Of a DNA stretch of 64,000 nucleotides, positions 19,216 to 29,315 are shown one piece after another. Position 1 is the first letter of the stretch; each line of letters opens with the position of its first letter. The stretch covers positions 496,001 to 560,000 of the forward strand of contig JBLDXI010000030.1 in assembly GCA_047495785.1 (NCBI GenBank), written 5' to 3'. A model generated the notes under the pieces. It saw nothing but the letters and a program-made list of their open reading frames with translations, did not search any database and was not told the origin of the DNA. The stretch comes from Lepidodermella squamata (Eukaryota > Animalia > Gastrotricha). A program made the position numbers and the translations under genes.

Positions 19216-19244
19216 ACTTACCTTATATACAGAAATTTTTTTAA

Positions 19245-20150
19245 AGTTTGAAAGTCTGAACGTTTAAACGTTTGAACTTCGCAGGCGTTGGCATGTGCCC
19301 TTTTACAAGCATATTTACACGTTTGAACGGTTGAAAGCTTGAACGTTTGAACGTTTGAAAGCTTGAATGTTTGAACGTTCGAATTATCAGTGTAAATTGT
19401 CAGATCAGCATGATATCGGTCGAACAGCCCAACTCGGCGATTACAGTTTCGAATCATCGGCCGACTTTGCGGATTAAAATCGCCTGCGGCTAACCTCGAT
19501 TGCGGCTAAAAATTGTGACCGAATTTATTTTTCAAATTTGCCCGGGTTTTATGAATTATCAGCTGATTTTGTGTATAACAGCTAAACTTGAGAAACAAGT
19601 TACAAATTTATTATTCTGAAAATTCCGAAGATGTCGCATACAAATCGCCTGCGGCTAACCTTGGGTTAATTATGACCGAATTTACTTTTCATCGCATTTT
19701 TTGGCGTTGACAGAGCAGACATTACATCATCTTATAAGCTGCTATTCGCATTCGTAGACATAGATCATATGAATCGGTAGGCTCTGCTGAAACTCCTAGA
19801 CCTTAGGAAAATTTGGTTGTCAAATCTCTCACAACGCTGGACACTGAAAATTGTTGAACCTTCGTTTGAAATCTGAACGTTCAAACGTTCGAACTTCATA
19901 GGCGTTGGCATGTACCCTTTTACCAGCATATTTACACGTTTGAACGGTTGAAAGCTTGAATGTTTGAACGTTCGAATTATCAGTGTAAGTTTGAAGATTA
20001 GATCTTTGTCAGATCAGGGTATTTAGCAAGATATCGGTCGAACAGCCCAACACATTCACGCTTACTGTTTCGAATTCAGTGAATCATCAGCCGTCTTCAC
20101 GAATGAAAATCGCATGCGGCCAACCTTGGGTTTATTGTGACCGAATTTTT
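19245..20150. repeat. Direct duplication (19245-19530 vs 19864-20150) rich in TTGAACGT-type 8-mers
   Basis: Two aligned ~280-bp blocks with repeated TTGAACGT/TTGAAAGC units. Confidence 0.85.
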
Positions 20151-20305
20151 AATTCCTTAATTCTTGGCTTCAGCATAGTCAGTTACATGAAGCGCGAGAG
20201 TAACTCTCTGAATGTAATGAACGATACAGTCGAGCTAGCCAACGTGACTTTCCGTCCACAAGTGCCGGCTAAACCTCTGCGCGACGAGATTGGAGATCGG
20301 ACGTA

Positions 20306-21008
20306 CGCCGAAATCGCGATTTCTGATACCGATTTCGACACGATCAACGCCGAATTTTTACAGTGGCCGTTGATAGTTTGTACAGAATTTCAAGGGCTAT
20401 CTAATGATATAAAATTTACAGAACGGCGATACTGGGTTTCGACTGAAAATTGATTTGTCAGCCAAATTGATTTGTCATCTAGGCCAAAATCGCGATTTCT
20501 GAGGCCGATTTCGACCCGATCGTTGCCGAATTTGTACAGCGGCTGTTGGCAGCTTGTACAGAAGTTCAAGGGCTATCTAATGATATAAAAATTATAGAGT
20601 GACGATACTTGATTCGCCTTGAAATTGCGATCAAAATCAGTTGATTTAGCATGCCAGCAATGCCAAAAAAGATATTTCTAGAGCCGATTTGTACCATATC
20701 GACGCTGAATTTTTACAGCGGCCGTTGTTAGTTTATATAGAATTTCAAGGGCTATCTAAAGGTATAAAATTCATGGAACGGTGATACTGGTTTCCGGCTA
20801 AAATAGCGATCTAAGTCGGTCAAATTGGCGTTCCGCCACAGCCAAAATCGTGATTTCCGAAGCCGATTTCGACATAATCGGCGGCGTTCTTGTTCAGCGG
20901 GCGCTGTTAGTTTGTACAGAATTTCAAGGGCTATCTAGTGATATAAAATTTATAGAACGGTGATACTGGGTTCGCCTGGAAATTGCAAGAAAAGTCGGTC
21001 AAATTGGT
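20306..21008. repeat. ~178-bp tandem repeat, 4 diverged copies, inside the Polinton
   Basis: Anchor CAAGGGCTATCTA at 20391, 20567, 20746 and 20925. Confidence 0.9.
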
Positions 21009-21450
21009 GTGCTAAATCTAAACGCCATTTTTAATTTTTTATTGCCTGATTCCCAGAGATGTTGACTCTGTCTGCTTTGAACTATTGCCTAGCACGCGCT
21101 CAAGACTTCGTCAAATTTTTTAATTGTTTCCGTTCATTCTCAGGACGGTACTGGATACATTTGAAGATTTACCATTGCGCTCAAAAGTGCAACTTGGGCG
21201 TGGACCCGTAGGCTGTAGGTGCTCATAGATAAATTCACTGAAGTTTAGTGCTTTCCGACCGAGTGTAGTATCTTTGGAGATTTACCATGAATACGGTGTC
21301 CAAATGCATTGAGCTCTATGGTAGTGCTCTATGGAGCTCCATGGATTCTACGGAAAAAACTCACAGTGAATGCAAGTGCGGTAATTTTTAAGGAGGCTGA
21401 AAGCATTCGCTATTATAATTTCAGCATTTCACATTTCACATTTCACTAAG

Positions 21451-22015
21451 ATGAATAGCTCTCTCTGCGTGTCATTGCTTTTAATAATGGCCATCGCATC
21501 AACCATTGCGATCAGCTGCTACGATAACCAAAAGGACAGCACATCACCACCCTCGGTTTTTGTTGGATGTCGTGCATGTTATGTAATTTTAGCCATTATT
21601 TCAAATCAAACCAAGTCTATAAATGAATTTTTTATAGCTTCTAGCCTACAGCGCTCAACGTGGGTCAATGACCTACAACCATTCTTGCATCAGAAATGCA
21701 GAAGTACCATGCAATACTCAAACCTCGGCTGCAGCATATTCCGGAACAGTTACCACGTCCTGTGTATGCTGTAGTGATTGGTGCAATTATAAGGCCTCTC
21801 CGTGCTATTTTACCGTAGACTCCCCTGTTATGCTCTACCTTAATACCAGCGGAGCATGGCAGGGGGCATTCGGCTCTAATACCGCAAATTCATATGACGT
21901 ATCAACTTCGGCCACCATAATCTCATCTACGAAGCGTAATTTCTCCCCTTTACCCTCCTCGAGTCATAATATTCTGATCCTAGGACTTGGTTTGGCCTTC
22001 ACGTCTGGCCTATAA
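21451..22015 (+). CDS. Ly6/uPAR (three-finger, LU)-like secreted, probably GPI-anchored protein carried by the Polinton, ~169 aa
   Basis: Exons 21451-21582 and 21638-22015 (phase-0 GT-AG intron); signal peptide, ISCY...C..CY...SC...C...SCVCCSDWCN, Ser/Thr stalk, hydrophobic C-tail; AATAAA near 22085. Confidence 0.78.
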
Positions 22016-22202
22016 AAAAATTCAGGCCAATGAATACCGCCACATGCCTTATTGAAAAAAAATGTACACTTAAATATTACTTTGAATAAACGAAAAAACG
22101 TTTTAAGCCACTGCGGATTTTTTAATGTCGCAATGAATAGACATTCTCTGTAAGAAGGTTCAATGAGTTATTTTTGCCTTTCACAATGCCGAGTGCCAAA
22201 TG

Positions 22203-22502
22203 ATGAAAATCCATTGAGCAGGACGTCCTATCCGGAGTAAATTTCATTTCTAGGTGGTGTTCTGAAAACCACCCCTTTTCAGGCTGTTCTCAAAATTTTA
22301 AGATCGGAAAATTCGGACGACCGCTGAAACTCAATTTAATTTGAGCTGGATATGTCTAGGCGGCGATTTTGACTCTTTGGTGATGATTTTTGCATTTCGC
22401 ATAGCCCATGCGAAAAGCCGAAGATTTGCCGCGGAGAATATGATAAAAGATGAAAATTTTATTTTGAGGTGGCTGGCCCAGCTTCGGCCGATTCCTACTG
22501 CT
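22203..22502 (-). repeat. Right terminal inverted repeat of the Polinton
   Basis: Reverse complement of 1169-1468, followed by TSD CGTCCC. Confidence 0.95.
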
Positions 22503-22709
22503 CGTCCCGGCTCGATGATTCCACTTCGTGCACTTATTTGATAAGATAAAAGTTTCGAGTTTCGACCATATAAAACTAATTGACTGTGGGAAAAAACTTG
22601 ACTTATTCCAGACACGCCTTATCTCAAGAAACGAGATCCAAGTTAATTGAGGTTAGCCCAAAGCCCCAAAAAATTGAACAAATTGGACTACGACAGACCT
22701 TAGCTTAAA

Positions 22710-23047
22710 ATGAAAGCTGTTACACTTGTTCTGATTTTCGCTATTGCTGCTGTTCAGTGTTTGCCCCAAAGGGAATGTTCTGTGGGAAAATGCGACGCAA
22801 ATGGAGATTGCTGCAGAGGATTGTAAATAAGACTTTATATTCAATTCGATTTTGATATTCATACTGTTTCCAGCACATGTGAAACTGGCGGTTGTGTTAA
22901 ATCAGATTCGGGCTGTTCCATTCAGTCGTGCGATATCCACCAATGCTGTCCGGGATAGTAAGGACTTTATAAACTACTCTCATAGGACACGATAATTTTC
23001 CTGTAATTTCTAGTGTTTGCAATAGTGGACACTGTGTTGGCTGGTAG
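22710..23047 (+). CDS. Secreted double-knottin peptide gene, type B copy 1
   Basis: Exons 22710-22822, 22874-22957, 23014-23047: MKAVTLVLIFAIAAVQC-LPQRECSVGKCDANGDCCRGFTCETGGCVKSDSGCSIQSCDIHQCCPGYVCNSGHCVGW*. Confidence 0.88.
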
Positions 23048-23556
23048 GATCCTTCGGCCCTCTCAGGATTAGCTGACTATTATAAAAACAAAACAATCGA
23101 TTGCTTGCTTACAATGAAATATAGCTGCATTTGGTTTATTCATTATATAACCGTATTTCAAGGTACACTATCCGTTTCCGGTTCCTACATTACATCAATG
23201 ATTAACATACGGAATTGGATGCAAATAAAGAGTCTTTAAAAGCGTAAGTGGAGGTCACTACAGTCGCTTTCGTGTGTATTCAGGCATTTTATGAAAAGTT
23301 GAATTTACTAAACGGATTTGTAGAAGACTAATACGAGCTAAAGTGAAACTGAGAGCGCGTGATTTGTTCGACTGTTTCGAGTTGCTGCATTCCGTTTTCA
23401 GGGCGGTCTTAGATAACAAACGGAATTTGACGCAAAAAAAAATCCTAATAATAGCATGGAGGTCATAAATTCAGCTCTCAGATATCACTGGCAGTAGGTA
23501 TAAAATTACCGTTTATTTTGTTTATATTGAGATTTCGACCGTTAATTATTTGGGAG

Positions 23557-23929
23557 ATGAATTTTCAAATCGCAGTTTTTCTTTTGGTCTCCCTAATCGG
23601 GGCATCGTTCGCACTTGGAGCAGCTGAGCAGCTGTGCTCCAATTTCTCGGAGGCATGCGGGTCTCTAAAATGCTGCACGGGATTGTGAGTGATTTTCGAC
23701 AACGGAAATGTTGTATTCTATTCACTTCAAATAGATTGTGCAAAGATGGTCTCTGTGTGAGCGCATTGACATTGAATGCACCGACTAATGACTCGTGTTC
23801 AATCTGGAACTGTATCCCTCCCAATTATTGCTGCCGCCCCGGATAGTGAGTTCTTTCAATGTGGGTTCAATATTATTCATCGTAACTTTTATCAGCCGCT
23901 GCAGTTTTAGTGCCTGCGTTCGCCAATAA
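23557..23929 (+). CDS. Secreted double-knottin peptide gene, type C copy 1
   Basis: Exons 23557-23684, 23735-23845, 23896-23929: signal peptide + CSNFSEACGSLKCCTGLLCKDGLC...CSIWNCIPPNYCCRPGYRCSFSACVRQ*. Confidence 0.88.
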
Positions 23930-23974
23930 AACAACCATCGACTCTCTGTCGAGCCACACTTGATCTTTGATGAT

Positions 23975-24126
23975 TGAAAAACGCTGCTCGGTCACCACGA
24001 GTCGAACGCGGGAAATTCAGGTCAAGAAATAACACGCTAAGATGCTGGAAAATCTAACCAATCGCGTGCTTCAACAAATTTTAGTCCAGCCAATAGCGAT
24101 TTTGTGGATTCGTTGGTTCCATTAAG
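23975..24126. mobile_element. Partial copy (one arm) of the foldback MITE at 42997-43282
   Basis: Matches that element's arm; absent from the paralogous position after gene C2. Confidence 0.7.
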
Positions 24127-24334
24127 TTGTTTGCATTCATTCAAGTTGATCATTCTCCGCCAGCCGCCCTAATCGCGCAAAATGAAGATAATGGATATTA
24201 TGTACTTAACCATTTTTTATTCAGCCAAAGCCAAAATTCGTTAGCTACGCGCCAAAAGGGCGGCTTAGCTTCACTGCCCGTAGTACGGCGCTGAACTGAA
24301 ATATTTGGATAATTTAGACTGACATTAGTTAAAA

Positions 24335-24674
24335 ATGAAGGCGGTTGCACTTATTCTGATTTTCGCTATTGCTGCTGTTCAGTGTATGCCTGAACAAGGA
24401 TGCTTTGTCGCAAAATGCGAATCGCATGGAGATTGCTGCAGTGGATTGTAAATGCAAATCAATCTATAACACTTGCCTTGGTGTTAAATTTTGATAATTT
24501 TACAGCCGATGTGATTCTGGCAGTTGTGTTCATTCAAGCGTTGGCTGCTCCAATGACAATTGCGATGGCGACGTATGCTGTTCAGGGTAGGATGGGTTAT
24601 GCCTTATAGAGAACACGCTAATCATTCTCTCATTTTCTAGTTATTGTCATTTCGGAGTCTGTTTGAGCAGATAG
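24335..24674 (+). CDS. Secreted double-knottin peptide gene, type A copy 2
   Basis: Exons 24335-24447, 24506-24586, 24641-24674: MKAVALILIFAIAAVQC-MPEQGCFVAKCESHGDCCSGFRCDSGSC...CSNDNCDGDVCCSGYCHFGVCLSR*. Confidence 0.88.
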
Positions 24675-25963
24675 GATCCTTGGACCCACGAAGGCTAAGC
24701 TGAATTTCAGAGCATTAACTGCATTGCTTGCGTTCACTGAAACTGTAACTGCAATTCGAGTTATTCATTACTTATAATATATAAGAGCTGGTTCCAGGTA
24801 AAGGGTAATCTATTACGTATTCACACAGACAACTGTTGATGAAAACGGAATCAGATGCAAATAAAAATTCCTAAAAAGTCTCATGCCTAGTCGCTCCGGC
24901 GCTACTCCAAAATAGCCAAAAAATAATAAATAACGGCAACGAAACAGACAATAACGTTCGATGATTCTTGTTGTGCAACAATCTAAACTTTTTCGTGTAT
25001 GGTTCCTTTAGGGTTAGTTGTTGCTCCGGAGTAGTCCGCTGGCCGCTAGCACCAGGGGCCCAAACATGAAAACAGCTATGATCGCACACCTTCTTCCCTG
25101 TTCGTGACGCATTATCTTGAGCTTTCAGCGCGCTCTTACTCCGGGAAAGTTAGAGCATCCCGCCCCAAATTCGCTCACTTTTCGGGTTTTCCCTACTTTG
25201 CCAGCCAGTTGAATTAGACAATATTCGGCAAATGCGGATATTTAGAAGAGTTCTTGGGCTACCGAATGCCGGTTTCCGCAAGTCCGGACGATTTTACTCT
25301 GATTTAAGGCTAATTTTGAAGTCACCTAGACTCCTGGAAACGGCTGCTCTAATTTCAGCTACCTCATCCAGTTACCTCAAGTTTGATACCGTTTAATTCA
25401 TCTCGGCACGCTTAATGTAGATAGCCGTTGTTGCTTTTCCTGAAACTCTGGTGTTTACGGTAACAGATAGCCAATGCAAATTTCTTGAGCTGCGTGCAAG
25501 AAAACACGGCCGGTTGCAGGTATCGTAAGTGCCGTTGTTTTTGCAGCTTAAATAAAAAGCACTTAAATGGAAGAAATGACGCTCATCAATCGGTGTGATT
25601 GCGATGATTTATGGTTTATCATTTATCAGTTACGGCTACAAATAAAGTTTTACCTGGCCACACCACTCGGAACACAAGTCGTAGCAACCTTTGCCAGAAC
25701 ATAAGAGGATCGAACAGCGTATAACAAATACAGCTTAGCAGGTATGGGAGACACAGTACCCCAAGCTCGAGGATCCCACTTCGTGCACTTGTTCGGGTAA
25801 AGTAAATAATTTTCAGCCATTATAAGTTATTGACGTGAGAAAAAACTTGACTTGTTCCATACAGATGCCTTATCTTGAAAAAAAACTCCAAGCTAATTAA
25901 GGTTAGCTCAAAACCTGAAATATTTGGACATAATATTGAACTGACGACTAAACTTGGTTAAAA

Positions 25964-26300
25964 ATGAAAGTTGTCACACTTTTCCTGATTATCGCTATTG
26001 CTGCTGTTCAGTGTTTGCCCCAAAGGGAATGCTCTGTAGGAAAATGTGACGCAAATGGAGATTGCTGCAGAGGATTGTAAATAAGAAGCTGATTGTGAGT
26101 CATTGCATATTTAAACTTACATTTCAGCACCTGTGAATCTGGCGATTGTGTCAAATCAGATTCGGGCTGTTCCATTCAGTCGTGCGATATCCACCAATGC
26201 TGTCCGGGATAGTAAGGACTTGATAAGTTACTTAATAAGATATGCTCATTTTCCCTCATTTTCTAGTGTTTGCAATAGTGGACACTGCGTTGGCTGGTAG
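25964..26300 (+). CDS. Secreted double-knottin peptide gene, type B copy 2
   Basis: Three exons, near-identical to 22710-23047. Confidence 0.88.
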
Positions 26301-26806
26301 GATTCTTCGGCCCTCTCAGGATTAGCTGACTTACAAAAAAAGTTCAATTACTTGCTTACAATGAACTATATCTAGCTGCATTTAGTATATTCATTACATA
26401 GCACTAGTTGAAGGTAAACTATCGGTTTCCAGTTCTTACTTTAATTCAGTGGATAACATATACGGATGCAAATAATGAGTCCTTCAAATATCATGGAGGT
26501 AACTACTCACTACAGTCTCTTTCGTGCGTTTTCGCAGGCATTTTTTGGAAAAGTTGAATTTACCGAACGGATTCGTGTAAGATTACGAGCGAAAGAGAAA
26601 CTTGCTGGGTGTGATTTGTTCGACCGTTTTGAGTTGCTGCGTTCCGTTTTTAGGACGGTCTTAGATAACAAACGGAATTTGACGCAATAAAAAGTCCTAA
26701 TAATAGCATGGAGGTCATAAATTCAGCTTTCAGATATCGCTGACAGTATAAAAATATCCAATTCATTTTGATAATAATTATACTTCAACTATTAATTATT
26801 TAGAAG

Positions 26807-27162
26807 ATGAAAATTCAAATAGCGGTTTTTCTTTTGGTCTCCCTAATCGGGGCATCTTTCGCTCTGCCAACTGATCAGGTGTGCTCCAATTTCTCAGAGG
26901 GATGCGGAACTCGAAAATGCTGCACTGGATTGTGAGCCATTTCCCACACACGAGTAATTTGAGCATCTTTCTTTCCAACAGAATGTGCAAAGATGGTCTC
27001 TGTGTCAGCTCATTTACATCAAATGGCTCGTGTTCAATCTGGAACTGTATCAATCCCAATTATTGCTGCCCCGGATAGTGAGTTCTTCCAGTCAGGACTA
27101 AATGTTACTCATCGTAACTTTCTTTTAGCCGTTGCCGTTCGAGTGCCTGCGTTCGCCAATAG
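26807..27162 (+). CDS. Secreted double-knottin peptide gene, type C copy 2
   Basis: Three exons, paralog of 23557-23929; TATAAAA near 26747. Confidence 0.88.
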
Positions 27163-27491
27163 CACTAACATCGACTCTCTGCCGAGCCGCATTTGATCTT
27201 TGATAATTGAAAATTTGATTTCATTCAAAACATGACATAATGTACATTGACTTTATGCATTCATTCAAGTTGATCCTTCTTCGACAGCCGCCAGAATTGC
27301 GCAATATGAAAATTATGGATACTGTGTACCGATTTTGGCATTCGGCCAAAATGGCAGACAGCAAAAATCGCTGAAGATTCTGCTCTTATGGAGGTTTTAA
27401 AATAAAGGGTTATAATTCCTGACCGAAAATAACTGATTTTTGCGAAATACCTAATGTAAAAAGACCTTGGGATTCTCAATAAAAGGTTTTA

Positions 27492-28820
27492 TTAACTCTC
27501 TAATTGCGTTGATTCTCCCGTGAACTTCAATATGAAAGGAACGAACCATATCATGAGACATGATGCATAGTTACAGTTATAGAGCTGCCGAGTCCCATCT
27601 GATGCTAGTTGGTAGGCCTTGATAACAGTTTCGCGGCCCGATACCACAAACAATCGCCTATTGCTGTAGGCCATCCGATCCCCAGGGATGCCTTTGAACA
27701 CCCACTCGCCAGTTTTCTTACTCATCGCCGAAATCGATCCACAAGCCGCGCAAATGACGTAGTCAGACGTTACAATGATGGGGGTATCAAAATTCACCCG
27801 CTCACCCCTGCAGGTCGTGTAGAACAGCCGAACTCCATCAGTTAGGCGAATGGTATAGACCGCATTTTCTAAACGATTCAGCAGATAAATCGACTCGCCA
27901 TCACTTGCTAAGCTTTGGGCATCGTTGTATTGCGACGTAGTCTTACTTCGCCAGACCTCCCTTCTCCACCGAACGTCGATGCCGTGAAGGTTGATTGTAC
28001 AAGAATTCGGAGCAAGTGATTTCGAATCGCAAGAAAAACTCATAGATATCGCAAAATCAGCGACTAGAACAGGCATCCACCAAAATGAAGCAGCGCCCTG
28101 TTCGTTTTCAGACGCAAATTTCAGAGACCAAACTTCGACCCCAGTCAATGGATATATCTCCGTTAGAGCGAAAGGCTGGGAAATGAAGAGTCTTGTATCC
28201 TGATAGACAGTTGCAGCGTAAATCTCGCTCGTGTTCAGTTTTGCCGTGAAAATAGTACTTAATCCAGGAATTTCAACGCCAATCAGCGTACCGGAACCTT
28301 CGTTGAGATAGACCATTCCTAGGACGTTACTGCTAGCACCAAGGAAGTATCGCCGGCTGTAACTAGCTGAGAACGTCCTATTCGCCCGGACAACATTCAT
28401 TGTAGTGAGGTCGATCGCGAATAATTCTGAGACCGATGTGAAGCTTAGAGAGTCGCTTTTAAGGAAGAGGTAGCTTTTACCAGCAACACCTCTAAGGATA
28501 ATCGGCTGATGGATGTAGCTTGAGACGCTATAGAGCGGTATTTTCACAGTCTTCACTAGTTCTCCGCTACCTTCTTCGTTGAAATAAATGGTACCTGAGT
28601 TGTCATTCGATATCAATCGTCCGTCGTAGATCAAAGGCTGAGGTGATGTAATCGATGATCCATAGGTCTCTGACCAAACCTGAGGCGGAGGGAGGAAGGG
28701 GTCTGTGAATGAATCATTCCTAAAGCTTGAACGGGCCGAATCTCCGCCAAAATTCGTCCAAGACTGCGTTTTGACCCGGCCGAAATTTCCAATGGCTAGT
28801 AAGCAAAAGAATATGACCAT
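27492..28820 (-). CDS. Secreted PQQ/BamB-like beta-propeller protein, intronless
   Basis: ATG 28820, signal peptide, WTNFGGDSARS motif, repeated TG..VW blades, hydrophobic C-terminus. Confidence 0.7.
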   Translation of the reverse strand: MVIFFCLLAIGNFGRVKTQSWTNFGGDSARSSFRNDSFTDPFLPPPQVWSETYGSSITSPQPLIYDGRLISNDNSGTIYFNEEGSGELVKTVKIPLYSVSSYIHQPIILRGVAGKSYLFLKSDSLSFTSVSELFAIDLTTMNVVRANRTFSASYSRRYFLGASSNVLGMVYLNEGSGTLIGVEIPGLSTIFTAKLNTSEIYAATVYQDTRLFISQPFALTEIYPLTGVEVWSLKFASENEQGAASFWWMPVLVADFAISMSFSCDSKSLAPNSCTINLHGIDVRWRREVWRSKTTSQYNDAQSLASDGESIYLLNRLENAVYTIRLTDGVRLFYTTCRGERVNFDTPIIVTSDYVICAACGSISAMSKKTGEWVFKGIPGDRMAYSNRRLFVVSGRETVIKAYQLASDGTRQLYNCNYASCLMIWFVPFILKFTGESTQLES

Positions 28821-29315
28821 TCGCTGGTGGAAAATTGCACTGAAGTTTACTACTGCCACATCGCAGATGTGCCATGTGAAGCGAGATTTGTATACAAACA
28901 CAAGGATCCGGAGTGCAAGGTAAATACTGACTCATTCTATCGATTGGCAGCTCCCACTGAACAAATGTAGGTGTTAGACAATCATGCCAAGTTGGTTTCG
29001 TTTTTCGAAAATGTTTTTGTAACAATCACGTACTATCTTAGATTATTCATAGAGACAGAAATTGATATGAAATTGTCACGGAGTCTAGCTTACTGCTCTC
29101 AAAAGACCTCGTGACTTGGATAATTAGGCCATATTTCTTTGCGAAACGTGCAATCCACCTCAATTTATCGAAAGTTATCCCATGAGGGCGAAATTTATGT
29201 CTTGAATGCTGCACATGCCTTATTATTAGCTTCACTGCAGCGAAGTACACAGCTTGATTATATAAACCCCGAAAATAACAAGAAATTAATTTCAGTTCGG
29301 CTTTTCCCAGCTGAG

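Larger units (their letters stand above)
1169..22502. mobile_element. Complete Polinton/Maverick (adintovirus-like endogenous virus), 21,334 bp
   Basis: AG...CT termini, ~300-bp TIRs, 6-bp TSD CGTCCC at 1163-1168 and 22503-22508; open ORFs for pPolB, RVE integrase, A32 ATPase, capsid proteins and protease. Confidence 0.97.

Noticed and set aside
19218-20453. ORFs 19218-19457 and 20079-20453
   Set aside because: Translations of non-coding repeats
24400-24609. Short ORF-track ORFs over the knottin genes (5-280, 23634, 24400, 26881, 63125 and others)
   Set aside because: Wrong-frame or antisense read-through of spliced genes
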